NCBI GenBank assembly: GCA_030740155.1
Contig: JASLXV010000089.1
Location: forward strand, 1-37,703
Reading direction: 5' to 3'
Origin: Dehalococcoidia bacterium
GTDB lineage: Bacteria > Chloroflexota > Dehalococcoidia > Lucifugimonadales > UBA3495
DNA length: 37,703 bases
The notes below the pieces were generated by a model that had not been told where the DNA came from, did no database searches, and saw only the letters and a list, made by a program, of their open reading frames with translations. The translations under genes were made by a program, and so were the position numbers. Positions 1-10,217 of this stretch are shown here, one piece after another. Within the stretch, counting starts at the first letter, position 1. Every line of letters starts with the position of its first letter.

Positions 1-1
1 A

Positions 2-442
2 CTGGCGGTGGGCGCCTCGGTGGAGATCACCAACATCCCGGGTTACCTCCCGCTCCGTCAGGACCCGAAGCTCCAAGAGCTGTTTCGGCAGGGTTCAGTG
101 GAACTGCTGGGGGAGAGGGCGACCCTGGTGATCCCGGCGCGGCGCAACCGGGGCGGATCGACTGACATGGGAGACCTTAGCCACGTTATACCGGTATGCC
201 ATCCGTACACCGGCGGAGCAACCGGTCCCGGACACAGCAAAGAGTACCTGGTCAATGACTACGAGTTGGCGGTGATCAATCCGGCCAAAATCATGGCCAT
301 GGTGGTGATCGACTTGCTGGGTAATGGTGGCGCCAAGGCCCAATCAGTCATCAAGTCGCATCGGCCCGCGATGAGCAAACAGGCCTACTTGAAGTTCCAA
401 CGGGAGCGGGCCGAGACCATCCGGTTCGACGGCGGAGGCTGA
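2..442 (+). CDS. M20-family amidohydrolase, C-terminal part (5' end outside window)
   Basis: Frame open from the window start; GGSTDMGDLSHVIPVCHPY resembles the C-terminal GSTD..(H/D)-HP motif of M20D/ACY1L2-like amidohydrolases. Confidence 0.75.
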   Translation: MAVGASVEITNIPGYLPLRQDPKLQELFRQGSVELLGERATLVIPARRNRGGSTDMGDLSHVIPVCHPYTGGATGPGHSKEYLVNDYELAVINPAKIMAMVVIDLLGNGGAKAQSVIKSHRPAMSKQAYLKFQRERAETIRFDGGG

Positions 443-523
443 CCGGGGCAGGCTGGCCACGGGGCCTCGGTGCACAGTCTCATTCCAGCTCTCTGTTTCA
501 CTGTTTCTCGATGCCTCCGGTCG

Positions 524-1159
524 TTAAACGCCCAGGAGATACATGGCCGCCCCCGCGATCAGCGGGATGGTGAGGTTGTCGTCCGGAGGTATGGAAACCA
601 GCTCCACCAGTCCGGCAATGGCGGCCCCCACCAGCAGTCCCCAGTGGTATTCCACCGCTCCGGTGCTCACCAGCGCCCCGATAACCAGGAGCGCGACCGC
701 GATGAGGGCGGCGGTACCAACGGGTGACTTACCCCGTATCCTGGGCCCAGGCGCCCGCCGCCCCACCAGCGCCGCCGTTGGGTCGCCCAGCGACAAGAAT
801 AGCAGGACGGGCACCGCCACTTCGTCTCCGTAGAAGAAAAAGGCGAACAACGCCGCGATGACCATGAAGGTCGCGCCAGTGATGCGCCGGTCTTCCTCTC
901 GCTTCAGCAAGGGCGCCAGCCAGCGGACAAACTGCCGGTTCAGCCAAGAAAGCCGGAACCGCAGCAGGTCCAGCCCGAGTGCGCCCGCGGACACTACAGC
1001 CATGGTTGCGACCATGAGGTCATCTGAAGCGAAAACGCTCGTTATTGGGATGGAGGAACCGAAAGAGAGGTGGAAAAGCCGCCGCCAAACCGGGGGGAGT
1101 GGTTTTCCGCCCGCCGGCTGAGCTTGATTTGTAGGAGAAGCCAGGTCCACTCTAACCAC
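524..1159 (-). CDS. Phytol/dolichol kinase-like (CTP-dependent) membrane protein
   Basis: Hydrophobic 211 aa ORF with RRLFH, LGDPTAALVG, GKSPVGT and DDNLTIPL motifs typical of the polyprenol kinase family. Start uncertain (1159 or 1150). Confidence 0.8.
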   Translation of the reverse strand: MVRVDLASPTNQAQPAGGKPLPPVWRRLFHLSFGSSIPITSVFASDDLMVATMAVVSAGALGLDLLRFRLSWLNRQFVRWLAPLLKREEDRRITGATFMVIAALFAFFFYGDEVAVPVLLFLSLGDPTAALVGRRAPGPRIRGKSPVGTAALIAVALLVIGALVSTGAVEYHWGLLVGAAIAGLVELVSIPPDDNLTIPLIAGAAMYLLGV

Positions 1160-1306
1160 TCAGCAACTAAGTATTCCGCGATTGGTTGAGCACGCCGCGG
1201 TTGGCCGCCCAGAGCCCCTCGCATTGCGCCTGAGGCCACCTGGGACGCGGAGAAACCAACCAGGGTATCTCCTTTCGGTATCCGGTCGATATCCGGCGTT
1301 ACAGTT

Positions 1307-1375
1307 ACCGTTCGTGGTGAACTTGTCGAACCACCAGCCCTGCGCCCCTCGACAAGTTTCGGGTAAAGATTCGAG
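1307..1375. repeat. Degenerate palindromic intergenic element, copy 1 (ACCGTTCGTGGTGARCTTGTCGAACCAC type)
   Basis: 1307-1334 matches 27744-27771 at 27/28 nt and is followed by a decayed inverted half (CTCGACAAGTT). Confidence 0.7.
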
Positions 1376-1382
1376 ACAGTGT

Positions 1383-2273
1383 TTAGAAAGTGATGGTGAT
1401 GGAATCCCCGGCTCGCCAGCGGAAATCGCGGAACTTGGTCCCTTTGGGGGCTTCGAACACCACCCACCCGTCGATCCCCATGTCCATCTTCAAGTCGAAC
1501 GAGCCGTTGATGAATAGCATGGCCCGTTCATCCGTTTCAGGCTTGCCGTCCATTTCTTCGACCACCACCAGCGCCTCTTGTTCCGGCCCTCCATCCGCGC
1601 TGCACTGGTAACTCCAGGTCCCCGGCTCTCCGAAGGTATAGGCGTAGCTTTCTCCCGGGTTGATCGACATCGAATCGGCGTCGCCCTGGCCGCCGGCCCC
1701 ACCGTCCAGTTTCACGTAGTGGGCCTCCGTGCCTTCGTTGATCCAGTTGACCGTTGTTCCCGGCGTTATATACATCTGGTTGGGATCGAAGCACTGCCCC
1801 AGGTCCATACGGACCTCGACCGCCGCCCGGCCCCGGAAGTCCTGGTACAGGCGTTTGTTAAGGTCAATGGGGAAGTAGGTCTCGCGCACGAAGTCCCGGA
1901 GTTGGGCGGCCTGCTGGTCCACGCTAACGATAGCGCTGGTGGCCGTGTGGTTTTCCACCTTAAGGTTCACCATCACCAGTTCCAGCTCCTGATCCGAGGG
2001 TATCAACCTCCAATGCCGTACCACCTGTTCCGGGTCGATGGTGGCGTAGCGCAGCTCGGGCGCCGTTTCGATGGTAAGGACGTTGATGTGCAGGGTCCGG
2101 CCCTTAAAATACTTCCCAAAATTCGACGATCTGTCCGAGCAGCCGGCCAGAGCGAGGGCCGCGAGGAGGATGGCGGTCAAGAAGATCAGTTTCCGTTTTT
2201 GCATCCAGGGCACCACAGCTTTTCGGCGATCAGCTTCAAGCAGAGCTGACTGCCCAAATTCGATTTTTGTCAC
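1383..2273 (-). CDS. Putative lipoprotein, DUF4352-like Ig-fold with an inserted cupredoxin-like domain
   Basis: Lipobox LAGC after a hydrophobic stretch; cupredoxin-like segment [14 protein letters not shown]...H...[19 protein letters not shown]-terminal [11 protein letters not shown] start overlaps the iscS stop; alternative ATG at 2204. Confidence 0.6.
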   Translation of the reverse strand: MTKIEFGQSALLEADRRKAVVPWMQKRKLIFLTAILLAALALAGCSDRSSNFGKYFKGRTLHINVLTIETAPELRYATIDPEQVVRHWRLIPSDQELELVMVNLKVENHTATSAIVSVDQQAAQLRDFVRETYFPIDLNKRLYQDFRGRAAVEVRMDLGQCFDPNQMYITPGTTVNWINEGTEAHYVKLDGGAGGQGDADSMSINPGESYAYTFGEPGTWSYQCSADGGPEQEALVVVEEMDGKPETDERAMLFINGSFDLKMDMGIDGWVVFEAPKGTKFRDFRWRAGDSITITF

Positions 2274-3469
2274 GCGCCGGTCGTGGCGAGAGTGGGTAGC
2301 TGGCGCAACTGGCTCACCAGGTCCACCAGCGTCTTCAACAGGTAGTCGATTTCCTCTTCGGTGTTTCCCTTGCCCAGGGTTATCCGCAGGCTGCCTCGGG
2401 CCAGCTCCGCCGATTGGCCCAAGGCCAGCAGTACGTGGGACGGCTCCAGCGACCCGGAGCTGCAGGCGCTGCCGCTGGAGGTGGCGATCCCGGCCATGTC
2501 CAGACCCAGCAGTATGGGCTCTCCCTCGACGCCCGCGAAGGAGAAGTTGATGTTGTTGGGCAGCCGCTCCGTGGGATGGCCGTTCAGGTGGCTTCTCGAA
2601 ACGCTGTCCAAGACGAACCGAATGATCCGGTCCCGCAGGGCAGAGCAGTGGGCGCTGGCTTCCTCCCTTTGGGTATCGGCCAATTCCAACGCCACCGAGA
2701 GCCCCACGATGCCGGGAATATTCTCGGTCCCGGAACGCCTTTCCCGCTCCTGCCCACCCCCAACTATGAAGGGCAGGTAGGGCGTTCCCCGCTTGATGTA
2801 TAGCACCCCGGTACCCTTGGGCCCGTAGAACTTGTGGCCCGAAAGGGTCAGCATGTCCAACCCGAGCCGGCCTACGTCCAGGCTCAGGAAGCCGGCCGCT
2901 TGTACGCCGTCGCTGTGCACCACGATGGTCCGCTCCAACTCCAGGGCTCGCCGGTGGGTTGCTTCGGCAATCCCGGCAATCGGGTTGATGGTCCCGATCT
3001 CGTTATTGGCGTACATGATGGTGACCAGGGACGTCCGGTCCGTGATGGCGTTGTAGACCTCTTCGGGGTGGACCATGCCAAAGTCGTCCACCGGCAAGTA
3101 GGTCACGTCGAACCCAAGGCCTTCCAGGTGCTGGCAGGTGTGAAGCACCGCGTGGTGCTCCGCGCTAGAGGTGACGATGTGGTTCCCGGTCTCTTGCAAG
3201 GCCGTCGCCACGCCGTGAATGGCGGCATTATCCGATTCGGTGCCGCCGCCGGTGAAAACCACCTCGCGGGGGCGGCAATGCAGCACCTGGGCCACCCGCT
3301 CCCGGGACTCATCCAGGGCATAACGAGCTTCCTGGCCCACCGAGTGGATGCTTGAAGGGTTCCCGTAACGCCGCGTGAAGTAGGGCGTCATGGCCTCCAA
3401 CACCCTGGGGTCCATCGGGGTAGTCCCCGCATGGTCCAGGTACACAATCCCTTTGTCGGACATCTTCAA
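2270..3469 (-). CDS. iscS: Cysteine desulfurase (IscS/NifS, group I)
   Basis: [26 protein letters not shown] (PLP lysine), [16 protein letters not shown] (catalytic Cys). Confidence 0.93.
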   Translation of the reverse strand: MKMSDKGIVYLDHAGTTPMDPRVLEAMTPYFTRRYGNPSSIHSVGQEARYALDESRERVAQVLHCRPREVVFTGGGTESDNAAIHGVATALQETGNHIVTSSAEHHAVLHTCQHLEGLGFDVTYLPVDDFGMVHPEEVYNAITDRTSLVTIMYANNEIGTINPIAGIAEATHRRALELERTIVVHSDGVQAAGFLSLDVGRLGLDMLTLSGHKFYGPKGTGVLYIKRGTPYLPFIVGGGQERERRSGTENIPGIVGLSVALELADTQREEASAHCSALRDRIIRFVLDSVSRSHLNGHPTERLPNNINFSFAGVEGEPILLGLDMAGIATSSGSACSSGSLEPSHVLLALGQSAELARGSLRITLGKGNTEEEIDYLLKTLVDLVSQLRQLPTLATTGA

Positions 3470-3558
3470 CCTCTTGCCGAGCTTGGTGCTATTTTAGCAC
3501 AGCTTGGAGTGTGGAGACCGGTTGGGACTGGAGGTTTTCGCCGAACTTGGGCCGGACG

Positions 3559-4311
3559 CTAATCCCGGAATGCATCGCCTCCCAACTGTCTCACGGCCTC
3601 CCGGGAGCGCTCCTCGCGGTAGCTGGTGGTAGCTACAGAAAAGAGGAAGCTGCCGACGATGGCAACCCAGATGCCGTTGACGGGACCCACGAAGATACCC
3701 AACGCGACGCCCAGAAGCACCGTGAGCGCCCCGATGGCCTGCCCCGACCGGGCGGCGACCCTGGTGGCCCGCCAGTAGCTTCCGGAGAGACCCCAGACCG
3801 TCGCCCGCAGGATCCGCCCGCCGTCCAGCGGGTAGCCCGGAAGGATGTTGAAGACACCCAGCCACAGGTTGGTCCAGGCCATCAGGAATAGCACCACCTC
3901 CAGGACCGAATCCTCCGCCCCCAGCAGGTACCAAAGTCCCCCGAAGATAGCCGCCAGCATGATGCTGCTGAGCGGGCCAACTCCGGCGACCGTAAACTCG
4001 GTCATCGGACGGTCGGGCTCCTGGGCCAGCCGGGACACGCCGCCGAAAATGAAAAGAGTGATGCTCTGAACCGGGATGCCTTTGCGTCTTGCGACGACGC
4101 TGTGGCTCAGCTCGTGGGCCAGCACCGACAGGAAGAACAGGACCACCGTGGCTATCGCCACGGACCACCGCTGTGCCACCGGCCAGCCGAGCCGCGCCGA
4201 TTCGAACTCCTGGGCCAGCACGTAGGTCAGCAGCAGGAAGATGAGCACCCAGCTCGCGTTGACTTCGATGGGGATACCGAAGATCTTGCCAAAGCGGATA
4301 GAGCCTTGCAC
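3559..4311 (-). CDS. Site-2 protease (M50 family), no CBS domains
   Basis: HELSH zinc motif, LFIFGG, GP, NILPGYPLDGG. Confidence 0.9.
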   Translation of the reverse strand: MQGSIRFGKIFGIPIEVNASWVLIFLLLTYVLAQEFESARLGWPVAQRWSVAIATVVLFFLSVLAHELSHSVVARRKGIPVQSITLFIFGGVSRLAQEPDRPMTEFTVAGVGPLSSIMLAAIFGGLWYLLGAEDSVLEVVLFLMAWTNLWLGVFNILPGYPLDGGRILRATVWGLSGSYWRATRVAARSGQAIGALTVLLGVALGIFVGPVNGIWVAIVGSFLFSVATTSYREERSREAVRQLGGDAFRD

Positions 4312-4368
4312 TTACTCTCCTATCGCAAACAAGAGGCCAACCGGTGTCGAGCCCCGCGCCGGCCCGGA

Positions 4369-5292
4369 TCAAATCCGGCCCGGATCTCCGGTTGCCTGGG
4401 TGGCGCGAGGAGGCGCCGTCGCATAGGCCACCAGCTTGTATACCAGTTTCGCCGCAGTATAGGAGCAGGCTGCCGGTCCATCCCCGGGGGACAACTCGCA
4501 CACATCAAACCCTACGATGCGCCGGGTCTTTATGATCTCTTGAAGGAGCGAGTTAACCTGATGCCAGCTCATGCCGCCGGGTTCCGGGGTGCCCACCGCG
4601 GGCATGAGCGAAGTGTCGAAAACATCCAGGTCCACGCTCACGTACACGTTGGGGCCCAGAAGGCCGGCTATTTTCCCCAGGAATGCATCGCCGTCACCGG
4701 GTGGCGGCCAGCTAAAGGTGGGGACAGCTTGGGACCTGATGTAGTCCCGCTCTTCCGGACAGAGGCTTCGCAATCCCACCAGCACCACGGGGCACCGCTC
4801 GTGGATGCGGCGGGCCACCGAGGCGTGGCCCCAATGGGTGCCCAGGTATTCGTCCCGCAGGTCGGCATGGGCGTCCAGGTAAAGCACCGACAGGTCCGGG
4901 TAAGCCTCCAGGTGCGCTTGCACCGAGCCGATGGTGATGGAGTGCTCACCGCCCACCACGCCGACGATTTTCCCCTTCCGGACGTAGTCGCCGACGGCCT
5001 GCCGCACCCGCTCGACCATGAAGGCGGGACCGCCCATGTGGGGTTCGAGCGCATCGGTCGTGTGAATGCCCGCCAACGAAACATCCAGATCCAGTTCGAA
5101 GTCGTAATCCTCTAAGCCGTAGGAGGCATCCATGATCGCGGCGGGCCCGTAGCGCGCGCCACTACGAAAAGAGGTGGTACTATCGTAGGGAATCGGAATG
5201 AGCACGACTTTGGATAGGTCCAGATCGCGCTGTTTCCCGGTGAGGGCAAGGAAATCGTGGGAAATCCAGGGCAGACCACCGTTCTCAGTCAC
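4369..5292 (-). CDS. speB: Agmatinase (ureohydrolase family)
   Basis: PYDSTTSFRSGARYGP, GGEHSIT, DAHADLRD, SVDLDVFD, GTPEPGG. Likely GTG start at 5292 overlapping the upstream stop. Confidence 0.9.
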   Translation of the reverse strand: MTENGGLPWISHDFLALTGKQRDLDLSKVVLIPIPYDSTTSFRSGARYGPAAIMDASYGLEDYDFELDLDVSLAGIHTTDALEPHMGGPAFMVERVRQAVGDYVRKGKIVGVVGGEHSITIGSVQAHLEAYPDLSVLYLDAHADLRDEYLGTHWGHASVARRIHERCPVVLVGLRSLCPEERDYIRSQAVPTFSWPPPGDGDAFLGKIAGLLGPNVYVSVDLDVFDTSLMPAVGTPEPGGMSWHQVNSLLQEIIKTRRIVGFDVCELSPGDGPAACSYTAAKLVYKLVAYATAPPRATQATGDPGRI

Positions 5293-5716
5293 CGCTGCGA
5301 CCAGTTCCGCCGGCTTCCAGGGCGGCCCGCTGTCCAATCGTTTCGACCAGACCGCCCTGTTCGTCCAGCCATTCCAGGCCCCGGTCCAGGAGCCAGGTTT
5401 TGACCTCTTCCAGGTCGAAAAGGGCCTTGGCCTCGTCCAGTGCGCGCTCGTGATCGAAGGGAACGCAAGAGAACATGTCGATGTTGACGTAGCTGCGACG
5501 GGGAAACGTATGGATGCTGATGTGGCTTTCAGCTATAATCACAAACCCGGACACGCCCGCGTCTTCGGGCTTCGGGGCATCATATTCAAGGACTTTCGGC
5601 TCGGTGATGCGGGTCATGCCCAGAGTGGATGGGCAATCGGTCAAGAAATCTCGAATCCGTTGCGCGTCCCACATCTTGGCCTTATCACCACCGTAGCCAT
5701 CGATCACCAGGTGCAT
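5285..5716 (-). CDS. speD: Pyruvoyl-dependent decarboxylase proenzyme, AdoMetDC (SpeD/SpeH) family
   Basis: MHLVID start, GVSGFVIIAESHISIHTFP with the E-SH self-cleavage site, DMFSC. Substrate uncertain (see findings). Confidence 0.85.
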   Translation of the reverse strand: MHLVIDGYGGDKAKMWDAQRIRDFLTDCPSTLGMTRITEPKVLEYDAPKPEDAGVSGFVIIAESHISIHTFPRRSYVNIDMFSCVPFDHERALDEAKALFDLEEVKTWLLDRGLEWLDEQGGLVETIGQRAALEAGGTGRSGD

Positions 5717-5881
5717 TCTATCTCCCTGCCCGTGTTCCAAATATATCAATATAGCCAGTTAGCCGTTTGCGTACACCTTGGCAAAACTAGTGCTATAGAA
5801 TATCATCACTGATATACTAGCGCAATTGTCGCCTTTCGGGGCAAATCCTCCAACCCACCAGGCAGGCGAAATTTGGAATCG

Positions 5882-6844
5882 ATGATGATTCAGGCCGAGG
5901 GCCTGACCCACTACTACGGTCCGTTCCCGGCGATACAAGACGTGAACTTCAACGTCAGGAAAGGAGAGATCCTCGGATTCCTGGGCCCCAATGGTGCGGG
6001 CAAGACCACTTGTATGCGGATCCTCACCGGCTTCATGCCCCCCACCAGGGGCAAGGTAACCCTCGACGGCTACGACGTGGTGGAGAAGTCTCTGGAAGTG
6101 CGCCGCCGGGTGGGCTACCTGCCGGAGACGGTACCGTTGTACACCGAGATGACCGTCACCAACTACCTCAAATACATGGGGACCCTGCGCGGAATGCCCC
6201 CCAAGGCCATTAAAAGGCGGATTAGCGAGGTGATCGGCCTTTGCCGGTTGGGCGACTACCGCGGGACTATAATCGGAAAGCTGTCCAAGGGTTTCCGGCA
6301 GCGCGTGGGCATCGCCCAGGCTATCCTACACGAGCCGGAAGTGCTGGTATTGGACGAACCCACCATCGGTATCGACCCGATTCAGGTAGTCGAAACCCGG
6401 CGTCTGATTGAGGACCTCGGCCGGTCCCAGACCGTGGTGCTCAGCAGCCACATTCTGCCCGAAGTCAGCATGATCTGCGAACGGGTGCTGATCATCAACG
6501 AGGGAAGGATCGTGGCGGAGGATACACCCAGCAACCTGGCCGCCGGGTTGCAAGGTGTCGACCGGCTGGTGGTTGAAGTGGGCGGGCCGGTAGCCGAAGT
6601 GTTGCCGGCGATACGCAAGGTAAATGGCGTCTCCGAAGTAACCCATCGGCCGGCCGGGCCCCGGGAGACTCCGGATGGCCCGGCTCGGGAACTCTACACC
6701 ATCCACGTAACCCAGGGTCAAGACTCTCGGGACGCAATTTCCCGCGCGATCGTCAGCAGCGGTTGGAGCCTGCTGAGTATGCAATCGGTAGGAATGAGCT
6801 TGGAAGAGATTTTCTTGAAGCTGACCACCCAGGAGGATATCTAG
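5882..6844 (+). CDS. ABC transporter ATP-binding protein (GldA-like)
   Basis: GPNGAGKTT Walker A, LSKGFRQRVGIAQA signature, LVLDEPT, SSH. Confidence 0.9.
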   Translation: MMIQAEGLTHYYGPFPAIQDVNFNVRKGEILGFLGPNGAGKTTCMRILTGFMPPTRGKVTLDGYDVVEKSLEVRRRVGYLPETVPLYTEMTVTNYLKYMGTLRGMPPKAIKRRISEVIGLCRLGDYRGTIIGKLSKGFRQRVGIAQAILHEPEVLVLDEPTIGIDPIQVVETRRLIEDLGRSQTVVLSSHILPEVSMICERVLIINEGRIVAEDTPSNLAAGLQGVDRLVVEVGGPVAEVLPAIRKVNGVSEVTHRPAGPRETPDGPARELYTIHVTQGQDSRDAISRAIVSSGWSLLSMQSVGMSLEEIFLKLTTQEDI

Positions 6845-6846
6845 CC

Positions 6847-7560
6847 ATGCGCACTGCCCAGGCTGTGGCCTGGAAAGAGATACAGGTCTACTTCAGCAGC
6901 CCCACCGCCTATATCGTGGGCTTGATTTTCTTGATCCTTTCCGGCTTTTTCTTCTCCCGAGACTTGAACGACCCTTTCCCTCTAGCCACATTGGCCCCCT
7001 TCTTTCAAGGGGCGGTTATCATCCTGATTCTATTGGCCCCGGCCCTTACCATGCGTCTCCTGGCCGAAGAGCAGAAGCTGGGAACCATCGAGTTGCTGCT
7101 CACTGCTCCGGTGCGGGACTGGGAAATCGTGTTGGGCAAGTACCTGGCCAGCCTGGTATTTCTGGTGGCCACGGTAGCCTTGACCGGTTACTACACGGTT
7201 CTCCTGGTGGTATTCGCCAGCCCCGACCCCGGCCCGATCTACTCGGGCTATCTGGGCCTTTTCCTCTACGGCGCTGCTTCCCTTTCCGTCGGGATGCTGT
7301 GCTCCACGTTGACCAGCAACCAGATTGTGGCGGCCGTGGTGGCCATGGGCATCCTCCTGATCCTGTTTTTCGCTGACCTGGCCACGGGCGCCGTGGGGGG
7401 GACCACCGCCACTGTTATCGGAGAGATCGGCCTCAAGAGCCACTTCGACGATTTCGAGCGCGGGGTGATCGACACCAAGGACATCATCTACTTCGTCAGC
7501 GTCACCGCGTTCTTCCTCTTCCTCAGCGTCAGGGCCTTGGAGTCCAGGAGGTGGCGGTAG
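6847..7560 (+). CDS. ABC-2 type permease (GldF-like)
   Basis: KEIQVYFSSP, PALTMRLLAEEQKLGTIELLLTAP, LGKYLA, HFDDFERGVID. ATG 2 nt after the ATPase stop. Confidence 0.88.
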   Translation: MRTAQAVAWKEIQVYFSSPTAYIVGLIFLILSGFFFSRDLNDPFPLATLAPFFQGAVIILILLAPALTMRLLAEEQKLGTIELLLTAPVRDWEIVLGKYLASLVFLVATVALTGYYTVLLVVFASPDPGPIYSGYLGLFLYGAASLSVGMLCSTLTSNQIVAAVVAMGILLILFFADLATGAVGGTTATVIGEIGLKSHFDDFERGVIDTKDIIYFVSVTAFFLFLSVRALESRRWR

Positions 7561-7561
7561 T

Positions 7562-9454
7562 ATGAGCAACCGTCCCACGGACAGCCCAGGCGACTGGCGC
7601 AGGCAGCGGCGCCCCTCCGCAAGCTCCCGCAGGGAGGCTTCTGCGTCCCCCGCAACCGATGAACCAACGCCGGAATCCGGCGAAGAGGCGGCCCTCTCCC
7701 GTACCGTGGGCAGCTTTCTGGAACCGGCGCTTGACGCCATCGGCTCCTTCACCGCCCCTCTGCTGGTCGCCGGTATCATGGGCCTGGTCTCCGGCGCTGC
7801 CGTGCTGGCCTTTGTAAGCTCCATGCGGGTATACGGCTGGCTCACTTTCGGCCTTGGGGCCGGCCTCATCTTGGTGATCGGCCTGATATCCCTGAGTTCC
7901 GTGATGGCCGCCTTCTTCAGCCGGACGGGCCGCTACGGCGTCAACTCGGTCATCATGGTACTCGCTTTTACGGGCATCATCATTGTGGTCAACTTCATCT
8001 CCTTCGAAAACCACAACCGGATGGACGTGACGGCAACCAATGAGTTCAGCCTGGCCAACCGTACCAAGCAACTGCTGAAGGACCTGGATGAGCCGGTGCG
8101 GGCCACCGCTTTTTACGTCACCGACATCGCCCTGGATCCGGAGCTGATGGCCCGGCGGGCCAGAGTCGAGAATACCCTCCGGGAGCTGAGCGAACGGTCC
8201 GGCAAGCTCTCCTATCGATTCATAGACCCCGATTTGCAGCCGGAGTTGGCCCGTAACTACGGTCTGTCTCAATACGAATCGGTCGTTTTAGAAGCAACGG
8301 ATTCCGGCATCGTCGACATTGTCGAGCGCACCCGGACTGACCCGGATTACACGAGGCTGGAGCAAGACCTGGTAACCAGCCTCCTGGTGGTCACCGGCCG
8401 GCAACGAAAAGCCATCTATTTCTTGAGCGGCCACGGTGAGCGCAGCTTTAGCGGTAGAACCGATGATGGGGATGGTTACAGCCTGATCAAAGACGGTTTA
8501 GAGCAGGACAACTACGAGGTACGCAACCTGCGGTGGAGGCTCCGGGATGATGACGTGAGCGTGCCCGACGAGCCGGCCGAGGATTGCCCGGAGTGCCTTC
8601 CCGGCGCCGCGCTGCTGGTCATCGCCGGACCCACCCAGGATTTTCCGGAGTCCCACGTCCGAGCGCTGGATCTCTTCTTACGGGGACGCAACGCCGACGG
8701 CAGCCTCCGCAGGGAGGCCGGCCGGCTGATCGTCCTGGCGGACCCGGACTCCCCGGACTCCTTCCGGAATTTTCTCGCCGGGTGGGGCGTGATAGTCGGC
8801 AACGGATATATCCGGGACGTGGCGGAATCTCTGCCACAACAGCCACGGATTTTCCGGGCAGACGCCTACCTTCCGCCTCCGGAGCAGCTCGCTTCGGTCT
8901 TGCCCCCGGCCATTCCTGAGATCACGGTACCCAGGGGAGTGGAGCTCGGCCCCACGCTAATGGGCGCGGCGGCCGCGCTGACGCCCATCGACGACGGGCT
9001 CAGGTCGTTTGCCCCGCTGGCGCACACATCCAACGAGAGCTTCATGATCGGCGACCTCGATCGAACCGAACCGGTCACCGATGGGGACCAACGGGACATT
9101 CGAGGACCCTTTTTCCCGGCGTTGTTCCTCCAGGCAATCGGCCGAGTGGGCGGCCAGGCCCCGACTTCCGAGCCCCCAAGCAACGAAGTGGCCAGCCTGG
9201 CAGTCTTCGGCGACTCCGACTTTGTCGCCAACAGTTTCTTGACCCGGCCCGGCGGCTCTCCGGACCTTTTCCTCAACTCCGCCAACTTCTTGCTGGGAGA
9301 CTACTCCCTGGTGTCCATCCGGCCTAAAGCCTTCGCCTTCCGCGAGTTCAACTTGGACCGAAACGAGTACAACTTCGTGCGGTTTTCCTCCTGGTTGTTC
9401 ATGCCCGGGCTGCTGGCGCTGATGGCCGGAGTGGTCTGGTGGGTGCGGCGGTAG
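7562..9454 (+). CDS. ABC auxiliary component (GldG-like)
   Basis: N-terminal TM helices, D.T....SL...T..LL, YRFIDPD, FLSGHGE, FGDSDF, N.FL and a C-terminal TM ending WWVRR. Confidence 0.82.
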   Translation: MSNRPTDSPGDWRRQRRPSASSRREASASPATDEPTPESGEEAALSRTVGSFLEPALDAIGSFTAPLLVAGIMGLVSGAAVLAFVSSMRVYGWLTFGLGAGLILVIGLISLSSVMAAFFSRTGRYGVNSVIMVLAFTGIIIVVNFISFENHNRMDVTATNEFSLANRTKQLLKDLDEPVRATAFYVTDIALDPELMARRARVENTLRELSERSGKLSYRFIDPDLQPELARNYGLSQYESVVLEATDSGIVDIVERTRTDPDYTRLEQDLVTSLLVVTGRQRKAIYFLSGHGERSFSGRTDDGDGYSLIKDGLEQDNYEVRNLRWRLRDDDVSVPDEPAEDCPECLPGAALLVIAGPTQDFPESHVRALDLFLRGRNADGSLRREAGRLIVLADPDSPDSFRNFLAGWGVIVGNGYIRDVAESLPQQPRIFRADAYLPPPEQLASVLPPAIPEITVPRGVELGPTLMGAAAALTPIDDGLRSFAPLAHTSNESFMIGDLDRTEPVTDGDQRDIRGPFFPALFLQAIGRVGGQAPTSEPPSNEVASLAVFGDSDFVANSFLTRPGGSPDLFLNSANFLLGDYSLVSIRPKAFAFREFNLDRNEYNFVRFSSWLFMPGLLALMAGVVWWVRR

Positions 9455-9455
9455 T

Positions 9456-10013
9456 ATGAACCTTCGACTCTCTATTCTGCTCGTGGCCATCCTGCTTCTC
9501 TTCGGCGGCACGTTCCTGGTGGTGCGGTTTACCGGCTCCAATGAGCCCACTCCCGACAACCCCTGGCTCTTCCGCATCGACGAAGACGACATCTCCCATA
9601 TCGCGGTCAACTATCGGGGCCAGACCGTAGACTACGACAGAAATCCGGGCAGCTTCAAATGGGTCATCCAGGGCGATCCGGATGTGCCCGTCTTCCAAAA
9701 GAAGTGGGGTGGCACGCCGCTGCTGGTCAGCGGGCCCCGGGTCAGCCGGGTGCTGGACAGGGCTCCGGACGACCTGACCCCGTATGGGCTTCAGCCGCCT
9801 TTGAGCAAGATTTGGGTTACCGACAGCGCCGGGAACACCGTGGAGTTTCACATGGGTGATCCTACCCCCGACGCGGAGAACCACTACGCCCGCCTGGTGG
9901 GGGACCCCGCTCTCTTTACTTTGCCGGCGACCTGGGCCGAGGTGATCAACCGGTTGGTCATCGAGCCCCCTTACCCGCCCGAGGACGAGGAAGGCACGCC
10001 GGCGCCGGGTTGA
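9456..10013 (+). CDS. DUF4340-like membrane-anchored protein
   Basis: N-terminal TM, YGL.PP, G..TP....YAR pattern; last gene of the Gld-like operon with 1-nt spacing. Confidence 0.65.
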   Translation: MNLRLSILLVAILLLFGGTFLVVRFTGSNEPTPDNPWLFRIDEDDISHIAVNYRGQTVDYDRNPGSFKWVIQGDPDVPVFQKKWGGTPLLVSGPRVSRVLDRAPDDLTPYGLQPPLSKIWVTDSAGNTVEFHMGDPTPDAENHYARLVGDPALFTLPATWAEVINRLVIEPPYPPEDEEGTPAPG

Positions 10014-10039
10014 TCGCGGCGGCCAGGTTTCTTGGCACC

Positions 10040-10122
10040 GAGGCGCAGAGATGGAGAGGACCTGACAACCACTCTGCGTCTCCGCGTTTCCGGGGCCTCC
10101 CCCGGTTTTCCATCGGGGGAGG
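10040..10122. repeat. Two intergenic hairpins (palindromic element plus possible terminator)
   Basis: GAGGCGCAGAG (10040-50) pairs with CTCTGCGTCTC (10072-82); CCTCCCCCG (10096-104) pairs with CGGGGGAGG (10114-22). Confidence 0.5.
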
Positions 10123-10217
10123 GGTTTCCTCAAGATTCCCATTGACCGGTCGTCCCAGGCCCCTCGTTTCATCCGGAGTGACAAGTCCATGGTAGAACCG
10201 CGGAGGGGGAGACTGCC

